A stretch of 63,807 bases of DNA, filler included, from Conidiobolus incongruus B7586 (lineage: Eukaryota), in NCBI GenBank assembly GCA_000697335.1. It is 7 parts of 7 records of this genome, joined end to end, with 100 filler letters (N's around TTAATTAATTAA, not from the genome) between each part and the next. Parts side by side here need not be neighbours in the genome. Positions count along the whole stretch, not along the records: positions 38,813 to 52,117 come from JNEM01006140.1; positions 52,218 to 62,600 come from JNEM01006141.1; 5 more parts are not named here. One strand, given 5' to 3'. The translations under genes were made by a program, and so were the position numbers. Shown piece after piece: positions 40,001-52,650 of the stretch (position 1 is the stretch's first letter; every line of letters begins with the position of its first letter). The notes below the pieces were generated by a model. That model had not been told where the DNA came from. It worked only from the letters and a program-made list of their open reading frames with translations, and did no database searches.

Positions 40001-42542
40001 CTATATAGAAATAAAAATAAACATTCTAAAGAAATAATCTTTTTAAATTTAATACTAAATCAAAAAATATATATGGGTAAAATATTAATATAACAGGAAT
40101 AATTCCCTTAATATTTGTTATATAATATAGTTTAAAAAATAATCTCTTAAATATTTAATTTCCAATAAGAAATAATTTATTATTAATTTATATAAATATT
40201 GAATTTTTTATTTATACATTACAATTGATTTAATTATATTTGATACTATAAGATTTCTGTAAATATTATGAAATAAGTTGAATTACGTTAGAAGAAAATA
40301 TATATATATATATATATAATCACTAATATTTAAAAAAATGTATTTTTTTGAATAAATAATATATAGTTTTATTATTTGTTTTAAAATTAAAATACAAATT
40401 TTTATTTGTCAAAATAAGTATTAGTAAAATGATATTTTGAAATTTATTGAAACATTAGATTTTGAATTAATTTTATATAATCCTATGTATTTATTTTTTT
40501 ATTTAAATATTAATATTCAAGTTACAGTTTAAAATAAACTTAATTTTATACATACCTTTGATTTAAGTAATAAACATTGTTTTAATTTTTTTAAAAATCC
40601 TATAATTCCATTTTGATTATTGTAAACATATTTATTTACTAATACTTATGACTATCTCCATCAATATCTATTATATATTGATGCTATTTAGCATATTAAC
40701 CAATATAAGCAAAGCTTAATTTAGCTCACAGATATATTAATTATGTCATTATTAATTGATCTCTTCCTTGGCACAATATTGAATTTACTATAGATTATTA
40801 TTACACGTTCTGAAAAAACTATTGCTCAAATAAAAATTTTATTATATATTATTAATATTAAAAAATAATTATAGTATAATAATTTAATGAAGATATTTCT
40901 TAATATCATTATATAGTATTAAATTGTTTTAAGATTTTGAAATGGGTTAATAATTTCAATTCTGTATTTTAGTTAAAATATCTTTAGTTAACTTATCACC
41001 AATCAATGCTTTAGCAAACAATCATAATTATATATTTTTGTTGAAATATAGCTCAGAACTCAATTTTCAAATATAGTAACTCAAGTATTTTTCAATTATC
41101 TATTAAATAAAAAAAGGATTGAAAAATCATTATTTGTTTATAATAGCTATTTAATATATAATTTATAATATTTTAAAATTTCCAATATGTAGTTAATTAA
41201 TCAAATTTAGAGTAAATCAAAGCATTTATTATATTTATCACTATAGCTGATGGAGGTTGATTAAATAAAAGTGAATGCAAAAGTGTTGCCTCCTTAAAGC
41301 TTTATCAATTATTCAGTGAGGATTATTATCTATATAGTATTTTTATTTTAAATAAAAATTGATCATCAGTCTTCATTTTAAGTTTGATAAAGTGATAATG
41401 TTCAAAAACAATGTTTTTAGTGAAAAAAAATGCTTGAAATTGGAAAAATTTAAATTTAAACAGTTAATAATTAATTATAATGATATTGTATATTGATAGA
41501 GCAAATATTATAGCAAAACAGTAAATAATTTTATCTTGTATACTTTAGTCACTAGACTTAAAAAGTTAAATTGTTATCATTTCATCAAACAAATTTAAGC
41601 CTTGCACTGCTATCCAAATTCATAAAAATAAATGGGAGAATATATTCTGTTATTAAATTTTTGTGTAAAAAGAGTAGATCCCAAAGTTAATATATTTTAT
41701 CTTGTATGTCTATCATTCATTGTTGTTCAATTTTATGCTCATTAATGTCCTTTAAATTCGATTTTTATGCAAATACGATCATATAAATTTTTTTAATTAG
41801 ATTAATGAACTTGGTCTGCTTTTTTGGTTTAAGTTTACTGTTACTTCATTTTTCAATTAATCTCTATCTAAAGTATCATTATAAGGCTATTACTATCATT
41901 TATTGCTAGTATTTGATACTATTGAACATAATAAATTCCTCCAAATGATACAATAGTTATTATACAAGCATCCGAAATTTTAGTAATTCCTTATATATAG
42001 GATATGTTTTCTGTACCACTATAACAAATTTGTACATTTTGTTCACATTATGTGTGATAATAAATTATATTCGGAATTTACTGATCCTATTATTCAGTAT
42101 TTCAGGAATTAATTAGTCAGATTATTCGTTGGAAAGTATTAAACTGATTTGATTTAAACTTTAACAGAAAATGTGGAGAAAATAGTTGAAAATTTGAATT
42201 GAATCAACAATCCTTTCCTTTATAATAGATTAAAATCATGTTTCAGTTCAATAATACCAATGCAACATATCCTTATTTTTTATCTAATTAGTATCAACAT
42301 CTAATTTTAATTAAAATTAAAAATACCCTAATAAAAGCTAATTATTAACCATTCTTTAATTTCAATATTTTTCGATTCATTCTTTCATTGACCATTACTG
42401 TATTTTTAATTCAATATAACACTACCACTTTACAATAAATATTAGTTTATTTCTAATTATCATTTTATTACGTTAAGGGTCCTCAACCACTCTCATAGTA
42501 CTTTAACATTCACTTTTTCTAAGTTTAACTGTGTGAAAAATT

Positions 42543-45424
42543 ATGACCATAAGTCACAATACCCTAAACTCGAGTTCAAGTTCTTTTAGCCCTATATCTA
42601 ATATTAACAGCCCGAATTCTACAGTTTCTCGACCTTCTCCATCAACACCAATCCCACCTAGAAATTCTCAACTTTCAAGGATTAATCGACCAAATTCTCC
42701 TCCAGAATATTATTCTTCAATATCAACTGCCCAAAACACTGAAAACCACATATCTCAGTAAGTTAATTTAGCTAGTATATAAATCTATGTTATTTTATTT
42801 TATTTCTTTATATCAATATATATATTATTAAAGAGATATATAATAGCTTAAATTATTTTTTTACTGTATCTAACATTAATTTATTTATTAGGTCCCTGAA
42901 TGATTTACCGCTTCCTAATACAAATAACCCTCGACCTCGTACTGGTTCAAGTCTAGAAGAACCCACTCGACCTAACCCTTCATTATCATCTCTTCTCAAT
43001 CCAATTCCTTTATCCAATTCGCCCAATTCGCTTCGTAATAGACCTTCTTCCAGTGTTTTACTGAACACACAATCAAATCCTGAAAATTTATTAAGCTTAT
43101 ACTATAGACAAATAATATTTGGTTGCCAGTATAATGAGATTTCCCGTGAACATGGTAACACTTGTACTGGAAGCTTTTGCCGAAGTAACCCTAATTTTTT
43201 ACCAAGAGACACACGTGACGCTTTTCAACTCGCTCATACTCTTGCAAATAACGGAAGAGGTATGCTATGTAGGGGAACTTTGTGCAATTATTGGAGATCT
43301 CTACAAACCTCTGCCAGTCCACAGTCGCAACAATCTAATTTTCCTGAATATAATAATACAACAAATGAACCCGGAAAACGAACTAGACAAAAGCGAAAGA
43401 GTAGCTTACCTTTAGCTTCAGGAGCCCCTCTTTCTTCCACTTCATACAAACCTCTTTCAGATAACTTTTCCCAATTATCTTCCCTTAATATGGAACAATT
43501 AATTCACTTAAACCAAGAAAGTCAAAGAAATAATGATCCAGAAAAATTTGCAACAATGATTTATACAGTATTTAGTAGATTGGAGCTACTTTCCAAATCT
43601 TTTTGCCAAAGAGATCCAGTTTATGCAGCGTTTTGTCCAGTTGATTTAGATGAAGTCAAATTAGGATACCAATATATTTTGTATCAATGTCCCAGTGTTG
43701 TTAATGCAGCAATGATGTCAGGAATTTCACATTTGCTTTTAAATATTATGTCAACAAATGAGCCTATATTACCATATCAGCTACCAGCTCTCTTAATTAT
43801 ACTTCTCAATCCATCCTTGAATGAGCAAACAAGTCATCTCGATATATTACCTAGGCTATGTCATGTCCTTGCAACTCTCCCGGACCCAGGTAGACTTGCC
43901 ATTGGAGTTTATCTTTGTATGCATCGTCCAAATGATCAAGGAAATGTAAGAAAAACTCACGACTTTCGCTATTGTTTAGAAGTGTTTCAAAATTTTATCA
44001 CAGCCAGACTTACTACGGCCCAACGCAGCTCAAATAGTAATGCACCTCGAGCTAATACTCCTAATAGAGATGAACATGTCATGAAAGCTACCGTTTGTTT
44101 AAGCATTTTATACACTGTTAATCAGAAATACCATCTAGTTGATTATAAGGAATTTTATAATGCCAAACTAAACGAAACAATTGAAATTAAAGAAGACTAT
44201 CCTCGGTATAAATCTCAAGAAGGTTTTTCATTTTGCAACTATGCTTTCATTCTTAATCCACATACCAAAAGCGATATTCTCAAAGTGGAGAGCATGGTCC
44301 AAATGCGTAGTGAACTTCAAGATGCTTTCTTTAGAGCCATGTTTGTTGGAATGAATAGCCCTTATCTCGTATTAGAAGTCCGAAGAGAGCACTTAATTCG
44401 GGATGCGTTGTTCCAATTGGTGAACAAAGCTAGTCAAGAGCTGAAAAAACAACTTAGAGTTCAGTTCACAGGTGAAGAAGGGGTTGATGAAGGAGGAGTT
44501 CAGAAAGAATTTTTTCAATTATTAATTAGAGATTTGTTTGAACCACAGTATGGCATGTTTAAAAGATATGAGGATACTAGAAGATGTTGGTTTGTATCTA
44601 ATCCAAATGAGGAAGATTCTCAATCTTTAGATGAATTCAAGCTAGTTGGTCGCCTGATAGGTTTAGCTATTTATAACTCTGTTATACTTGATTTACATTT
44701 CCCCTTAGCCTTATACAAAAAACTTTTAAATCACCCCGTTACCTTGAAAGATTTAGAAGAGCTTGATCAGCCCCTCGCACAGGGATTGAAAGGATTACTT
44801 GAATTTGAAGGTGATGTGGAATCAGTTTACAGTTGGACGTTTCAAATCGAATATGAGGTATTTGGTCAGCGTCATCATTATGATCTTATTCCCAATGGCG
44901 ATAATGTCCCCTTGACGAATCAGAATAGGAAGCAATTTGTAGATTTGTATGTAGATTTTGTGTTAAATAAGAGTATTGAAAAGCAGTTTGAAGCATTTAA
45001 AGAAGGATTTGATCATGTATGCGCTAATACCGTAATTAAATTGTTCCGACCAGAAGAGGTAGAGCTTATGGTATGCGGTAGTTCTGAACTTGATTTCGAG
45101 GCTTTAGAAAAAGTAACCCACTATGATGGAGGATTTACTCCTGATTCACCTGTTATTAAATACTTCTGGCAAACTGTTCATCAGTTTTCACTGGAACAGA
45201 AGCGAAAACTCTTATTCTTTGCAACCGGTAGTGACCGAGTTCCCATGGGAGGATTGGGAAAATTACAATTTGTTATTGCTAAGAATGGGCCAGATTCAGA
45301 TAGACTTCCCACTAGTCATACTTGTTTCAATGTATTATTATTACCTGAATATCGTGATATTGAAAAGCTGAAAAGCAGATTACTAACAGCAATTGAAAAT
45401 TCTGTTGGTTTTGGTATGATTTGA
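42543..45424 (+). CDS. HECT E3 ubiquitin ligase with N-terminal AZUL zinc-binding domain (UBE3A/E6AP-like, HUL4 group), 2 exons
   Basis: Exon 1 is 42543-42757 and exon 2 is 42892-45424, in frame with the 720-aa ORF. AZUL-like YYRQIIFGC..CTGSFCRS..LC; HECT motifs FTGEEGVDEGGVQKEFF, FATGSDRVP and catalytic LPTSHTCFN. Confidence 0.95.
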
Positions 45425-45677
45425 TTTAATTCCTCAGATAGAAAAATTAAATGTTATTTAATAATATTTTTTTTTGTTTTCAATAAATATATCAATTGAA
45501 TAGAAAGATCTACTTTCAATTATTCTTCACCATTTATAAAATATAAATATTATAATATTATATCAGAAATATTAAATTTTATCTACATCAAATAGGAATA
45601 TTGAAAAAAAGGATATATTTAATTAAGTGAAAATAGAAAAGGTATTAGTTTGATTAGTTTAAATATTTATAAATTAT

Positions 45678-46713
45678 CTATTCAGTGGATAAAAGATATT
45701 CAAAGTGAGCTAATGCGCTCAAATCCAAGATTAAATTATGGTGCAACATCATTTGGTAGAGCTTGGGAGTATAAAGATCTCCAATCATAAATTTTTCGAT
45801 ATTCTTTGAAGCAAGCTGAAGGTTTTCGTTTTGTTCACCGACAATCACATATGAGTTATTCCAGTTGTGGGCATTAAGAATGGCAGCCAAATCTTTGGTT
45901 TTAGGAGAGTTTGGAAGGATTTTATCAACGATAATTAATTGGTTCTGAGCATATTTGGTTGATAAAATAGAGCGAAGAGCGTGGTGAAGTACTTTGACTT
46001 GAAGATCAGTAGAATGATCTCTGGGTTTAGGGGGGAAAGCTCTACCACCTCCACGGAAGTGAGGAGCTCTTAAAGAGCCAACACGAGCTTTACCTCTCTT
46101 TTTTTGGGGGAAAGCTTTTTTGCCGGTACCTGAGACTTCGGCACGGGTTTTAGCGGATTGGGTACCCTGACGAAGTCCGTCTCTTTCAAAAACAACAGCA
46201 CGATGAATCAAATCCCTTCTCAAGGGAGCTCCAAATACTTGAGCGCTGATGTTGAGAAGATCTAATGGCTCGTTAGTTTTGAAATCTTTCAACCAAGCTT
46301 GCACATGTTTAGGGAAAGGAGAGGCAACTAAATTATTGAATTAAATTGTGAGATCTACAATAAATATAATAATTTGTACCTTTGGCTTGAACAAGTGGGC
46401 TTACAGGTGCAACATCTAAATACTTGAATTAGTTTAGAAAATTAAATGAAAAAGAAGAGTTACATTTGGGCTCATAATGTTGTCTTGGTTTAACAGTATC
46501 AATAAAATTAATTTCTTTATAAATATCAGAAGGTGTGATTACTGAAGGGGTTTCTGGAACGAGCACTTTGGGTGTTTCAACATTGAAAATCTTGGAAGAA
46601 GTACTAATACTTCTAGTTAAAGTAGCATATGGAGATCTCAATAACTAAATATATAATACTATAAGAAAATGATCTATTAAAATAAATTCAGTATAATTAT
46701 TTACCTTAAACAT
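45678..46713 (-). CDS. YML6: Mitochondrial ribosomal protein uL4m (YmL6), multi-exon
   Basis: RQGTQSAKTRAEVSGTGKKAFPQKKRGKARVGSLRAPHFRGGG..PPKPRD (L4 signature), with a basic/Ser-rich targeting presequence in the upstream exons. Confidence 0.9.
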
Positions 46714-46946
46714 TATAAATATGAGAGATCAAAAATCTAGCAAAAAAGGAAAATTAGAATATATTAATTTTGATAAAATATACAGTGATATTGAATGATT
46801 ATGTTCGAAAATTGTTCAAAAATATTTTTTATTAAAAAATATAAATATAATAAATTATCTTTTACTTACAAATATTTAAATTATAGTTGATTAAATATTG
46901 AATTTTGAAGATAAAATTATTTGTTTGGAAAAAAGTAAATATCAAA

Positions 46947-46955
46947 TTATGGGAT
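46947..46955 (-). promoter_or_regulatory. Recurrent upstream motif ATCCCATAA (uL4m promoter)
   Basis: TTATGGGAT on the plus strand, about 235 nt upstream of the minus-strand ATG at 46713. Confidence 0.45.
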
Positions 46956-49466
46956 CAATCAAGATTAGAATTTCATACTTTCCTATTGCTGATTATTCTC
47001 AAGTTGAAAATATTTTTATATTCATCATTATGTGAGATAAATTTGAATAAAAATAAAAGCACCTTAGAAAAATTTTTGATTTTGATTATTTATAATATAA
47101 TTATTGAATTGCACTAATTTTTTTACGTCAAGTTAATTCAAAAAAATTTTAAAATTTGATCAAATAAATTTTTATAATGATAATAGTGAATGTAATATAA
47201 TATAATAAAGATATCAATTAATTTTATAAAAAATTAAAAGTTATATAATTAAGGAAAGTTCGTGAAAATATAGTGATATTTATAATATTAAGTATGATTA
47301 AGAACAGAATAAATATAATACTGTTTATTCCATTCAGATATTTAAAAGTTTTCTTTTTATGTAGCATTTTTATATTTCAAGGACAAATTTAATATGAAAG
47401 ATATTATCTTCAATTTGAATAGATTGATTTAGAATTGCATGTGAACTTTATGTAAAATATCCATTACCAAAATAATTTGCATTTAAATTATAAAATTATG
47501 ACTCTTTGTTGATACTTTTAATATGGAATGACCTCCATGATAATATATTCAATGGAGTATTATAATAAATTAAATCTTATATTATTGAATGTTGATACAA
47601 TATTTAATAACGAATTGTTAAATATTTAGTATAATTTATGAATTAATTTTAAAATGACAATAGTGCAGAAAAATTTTGTTTTTATGATAAAATTCTTTTG
47701 AAACATATGAAGCGTATAGTATTTGATTAATAGAACTTAATATATATATATGAAATCAATATGATCCAATTTAATCTAATTTTGTAAAATATGGATCATC
47801 TTATGAAATTATATATATTCTACTAAATACATGATATAATATATTTATTTTATAGAATATTTGAATAATATAATAAGTTCAATGTTTATGGATAGTTTAA
47901 TTGAGAATAATATTAAGATAGGAATATATTGATCAAACAGGAATATTAAAATAAAAGATTAATATAATGTACAAAAACTATATTAATTTATTTGTGTATA
48001 ATATGAGTAGGCAAAGGAATTAACATTGAAAAATTTTATATTAGTTTTTTTATATACTAATCAGAACTAAAGTTGAACTTCAAGTGAACTAGAGCGGATA
48101 TTTCCTTTTTTATACAGTTTGACTCTATTTGCAAATATTTATAAATATAATTAAAATTTAATTTAACTTGAATTTTCAACTAACAAATAATCACTGAAAA
48201 TGATGATGTGTTATACCAAATTCAATTCAATCAAGCCAAAATAAATTTTTAATTAATTTAAATCATGTAAAGAATTTTCAGGATTCTTAAAATTCAAAAT
48301 ATTGCAATATATAATATTTGGATAAAGTTCCTGATTTATGATTACAAATAGTTTTTAAACAATTATGCTTCTCTAAAAACATAATATTCTATCTAAACAT
48401 CGTGTTCTAGATTATTATCTTGTTGTTTACTAAATGTATCACTTATGGAATCTAATTACTTTTTTTAATTAATAATATATTTATAATTGATTGAAAAGAA
48501 TAGAAAAATATATAATTTCTTAAATGCATATAATCGTATTAAGATATATTAGGCTATTTGGATAAATTGTCATACAGTGAATTCAGGCAGTTATTTTTTA
48601 ATATATACAAATAAATCCTTTAGAATTGTGCTATATTGTTTTTGAATATCAAATATTAAAATTGTATTTATGCATATTATTAACCATTTTATGATTGAAA
48701 AAGAAAGTTTATTTGAAGTAATAATTAAAATATTTATGTACCTTAATTGATTATGATAAATCTCATAATTTCTTTTTTTTAGTTTTAAAAAATTTCTTAT
48801 TTAAAATGTATTTTTAATTGATATTATATTAAAAATAGACTTATTATATTTATTAAACTAGTGATTCTTTTATAGATGGTTCAATCAAGTGCAAAAGTAG
48901 TAAATATCAAAAATAATATTTCATCATAACATCGCCTTTGAGATAGATATTGAATACTGAATTGAATTCAAAAGCTGAACTATTTTTGATGATGTAAATG
49001 AGTTTAAAATCGTAAATGACATTTATTATCACGTATAGTTTCAACTAATTTAATTAATCCCTAAAACTTAATTTATATCACTCAAATAATTCAAATTGTG
49101 AAAAATTAAATATATTGAATATAAATTAACAATTGAGATATAATACCGATAAATGAATATATATAACCACAGCTCTATGGTAGCGTAGGTTTCAAATATC
49201 TAAATCATCTAAAATATTATATTTCGATATTTTGCGTATACTATACTATAAATATTTTCAAATAGGAATATAAAAAGGAGGTCACATTATTGAATAATAA
49301 TAGGGATGTGAGATTTGGATCGGCCAATCAATTTGGCTTCATTAACTGGTTTGTAACAGATTCTCGATATAAAAGATATCGGGTCCCATCTTTGCTGATG
49401 ATTCCCTATCACTAGACATTCATTTGAAACTCCTCATAAGTATATACATTTCCAATAATCATTCAT

Positions 49467-51392
49467 ATGACCATTCAACATATCCTTCATTCTAACACTA
49501 ATAATTCCAAATTTAGCCATATACTCAACTATATTGATCAAGAGAGTGATGACAATGAAGAGGTTTTGAATAGCAGCACCCAGAGCCCTATGCAGGTCGC
49601 TGTTTCCCTCTCTAAGCCAGATCCCACTCTAAGAGTACTAAATAATTCTTCTCAGAGCAACTTGCGCCAGTTCTTTTATGACACCTTTGGCTCATGCTTA
49701 TTGAATTTGAACACTTCATTTATTAACGACCTTGAAAATTTCATTAATCCTGTTGATATTCATTGGATGGATGTCTTAACGCAATATTCCGCTCCTATTT
49801 CGTTGAATATCAGTGAACATTTGCCAATGTATCAGGGATCAGCTTTACTATTAACCACGCTGAGGTCTAAAAGAAAGACTGCTCTTTTTTCAGATACCAA
49901 CTTTGATCATTTCAAGTTGCAATGGCATTTACTGAAATTGTTCTTTACTTATTACAATCCCTTTCTATTTATCATCCATCCTATCTCATTTTATCGCAAA
50001 ATTCTGTCGAATGAAAAGAATGATTCATTCCAAATGCTGGTTTTGCTTGTACTCAGTATTGCTACGGGTTATTTACATTTGGAGCCCTATGACGGCGCTC
50101 CCCATCCTTCAGAGCTTGCTCAGAGCTATCTGAATGATGCACTTAGCCTTTATGAAGTGGAGCAACATAAGCCATCAATCTATATCATCCAGGCCTCCAT
50201 CCTTCTTTCTAACTGCAACTATGCTAGGACTCAGAATAATTTCGATTTCTGCTGGGTCAACGCCAATAAGCTTGGATGGATCGAGAAATATACAAAGTCT
50301 TCGGAGGAGATCCTAAACTTCATGCCAAAAGCCAAGGTCGATGGCCCTGTCCCCAACAAGTACTTGGTGTGGGAGGAAGAGCTGCTAGTCTGGTGCTCTA
50401 TTGTTTTTAATTCAATGCTGATGCTCATGGGGCGTTTTCCAATCCCATTCCTAGAATCTTTAGATAAACTGCCCGATATATCGCCTGCGCTCAATGCATT
50501 GTATTCGGGCCCCAGATATCCTTGTTACTGCGACTATGAAGAAGCCACAATTCTTTATCAAACATACTCGCTTGTTCCTATCATGTCTCAAGTCCTCTCC
50601 ATGTGCAAACATCTGTACCAAAAGCATCCTGAAGGCGCATATCCATCGGCACAAAATTATTACAGAATGATGGATATCCGAAATCAGCTGGACGATTGGC
50701 TCCATAAATCAAATACTTCCCAAGTAAATATTCCGATGACCTCAAGAAGAGCGGCTTTAATTTCCAACTCTCAAACTTACTACCATCTAACCATTATCTA
50801 TCTATCTGTCCCGTTCCTCCCCACTCCTTGCAAAGATCAAGATCAGGTTTCCTCCTTAGCCCAGCATATCGATCAAGAAGTAGTGATTTCGCTGCTGTCA
50901 AGCTGCTACTCCATTGCATTACTTGCTGCAGCTCAGAAGAGCATGTTTACTCTGTTTGGATGCGGAGCCAAAAATTATGTTTTGTTTATAGTGTGGACAG
51001 CTATTCAAACAGTATCTACCCTTTTAGACCAATTATCTCAATCTAGCCATTGCTTACTCGCCCAAGAGAATGCACAATTATCTTTAACCTATATCACACA
51101 AAGTAATGATCACGAGAGATCAGAGCATCCTCGCGCTATTCCTTTGTCCTTCTCTAAATTCCGATTCTTAGTGAATATGTGCCATGCATTGATTTGTATT
51201 CCATTGAACATCCTCACGCAATCAATTACATTTAGCTTTCATCATCAACCTAACCATGTTATCTTACAGAAGCAGGCTGCAATCTTTTGGACCATGATGC
51301 GAGGTGATCATAAGAACTTACTAGATAATTTTGATATATCAACCAAGGCCAAGTCTTCTACTAGTCAAGGCTTCCAATTTGAATTGATTTAA
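49467..51392 (+). CDS. Fungal-specific transcription factor domain (Fungal_trans/MHR) protein, intronless
   Basis: 641-aa ORF with FFTYYNPFLFIIHPISF, LLVLSIA, IIQASILL, LDDW and YYHLTIIYL, matching the middle-homology-region pattern of Zn2Cys6 factors. No zinc cluster seen. Confidence 0.7.
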   Translation: MTIQHILHSNTNNSKFSHILNYIDQESDDNEEVLNSSTQSPMQVAVSLSKPDPTLRVLNNSSQSNLRQFFYDTFGSCLLNLNTSFINDLENFINPVDIHWMDVLTQYSAPISLNISEHLPMYQGSALLLTTLRSKRKTALFSDTNFDHFKLQWHLLKLFFTYYNPFLFIIHPISFYRKILSNEKNDSFQMLVLLVLSIATGYLHLEPYDGAPHPSELAQSYLNDALSLYEVEQHKPSIYIIQASILLSNCNYARTQNNFDFCWVNANKLGWIEKYTKSSEEILNFMPKAKVDGPVPNKYLVWEEELLVWCSIVFNSMLMLMGRFPIPFLESLDKLPDISPALNALYSGPRYPCYCDYEEATILYQTYSLVPIMSQVLSMCKHLYQKHPEGAYPSAQNYYRMMDIRNQLDDWLHKSNTSQVNIPMTSRRAALISNSQTYYHLTIIYLSVPFLPTPCKDQDQVSSLAQHIDQEVVISLLSSCYSIALLAAAQKSMFTLFGCGAKNYVLFIVWTAIQTVSTLLDQLSQSSHCLLAQENAQLSLTYITQSNDHERSEHPRAIPLSFSKFRFLVNMCHALICIPLNILTQSITFSFHHQPNHVILQKQAAIFWTMMRGDHKNLLDNFDISTKAKSSTSQGFQFELI

Positions 51393-51857
51393 CTAGTTAA
51401 TAATACTCTGTTCTACCAATATTTACTGAATAATATCTATTTTTTATTTGTTTTGTATTTACAAATAATTATGACAGTTTTAATTTTATATAATATATGA
51501 TTCACTAATATTCAGTAGTTCATAACTCTGAATCCTGTGATTACTTTTAAAAAATATTTAGTTTTCAAATTTATATGAATCAATTTACATTATTTATATG
51601 ATATTGTATTTTAGCATAATCAGCATATCAACTTATATTATTCTTTTACTAAATACTATATACATATTAAAAATTACAAACTTTATTAATTAACCAAATT
51701 GTTAAAATTTATTAATTGAAATTCTAGCTATAATGATAATATTATTATATAATTTAAATAATGGGAATTTTTTGTGATTGAAAAAAAAATAAATATTTTA
51801 ATATATAAAAAGTAAAAATAAATATATATTATAAAATTATTAATTTTTTTTTATTTC

Positions 51858-52020
51858 TAATAACTTTTTATTATACTTTTAACAAATATTTAACATTTAA
51901 AATAATTTTTTTTATTAAAAACTAAAATTTAATATTTTATAAACCAATTAAATTTTTCTATAGAATTTTTTTTTCTTATAAGCTAATTTATTAATTGCCT
52001 AAAATAATTATAATTATAAA
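51858..52020. repeat. Degenerate AT-rich repeat near contig end, homologous to about 19760-19923
   Basis: Collinear shared blocks as listed for the 19760 copy. Confidence 0.7.
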
Positions 52021-52117
52021 AGTTATAATCTATAGAATATATTAAATATAGTAGTTTTTTCTAGTTATTTTTAATTAGAAAGTTTTTTATAACTTTAAAT
52101 TTATATATTTTATAATT

Positions 52118-52217
52118 NNNNNNNNNNNNNNNNNNNNNNNNNNNNNNNNNNNNNNNNNNNNTTAATTAATTAANNNNNNNNNNNNNNNNNNNNNNNNNNN
52201 NNNNNNNNNNNNNNNNN
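52118..52217. other. Artificial contig linker
   Basis: N44-TTAATTAATTAA-N44. Confidence 0.98.
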
Positions 52218-52247
52218 ATTTTATAATAATAATATAATTAATTTTAC

Positions 52248-52650
52248 TATTAAAAGACTAGTTCTTTAAATTCTTATATATGCTTTTATATAATTTAATT
52301 AACTATAAATTATAAGATTAATTTATACTTTTATAATTAAATTAATTGTATAAATAATATTGAATTATTTAATAAACTAGGTTTTTCTTTTTTTCCTCAA
52401 TTCTTATTATTTTTTATTTTTACATTATTTCTAAAATTGAAATTACTTTTTATTAATATTATAGTATATTAACACTACCTAATATAAATCTTAATATATT
52501 AGTGATTTATCCTAGTTTAAAACTTAATTAAACTTTGTTTATATTTATATGCTACAACCATATTATAGTACTATATTCTGTGTTATATTACTTTTATATT
52601 AAGTCTTCCTCTATATTATATTAGTATTTACCACTACACTTATATTTACA
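52248..52650. mobile_element. LTR-like repeat, heavily transition-mutated copy of 63425-63807
   Basis: Aligns collinearly for about 380 nt with 63425-63807; similarity begins at TATTAA here versus TGTTAA there. Confidence 0.75.
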
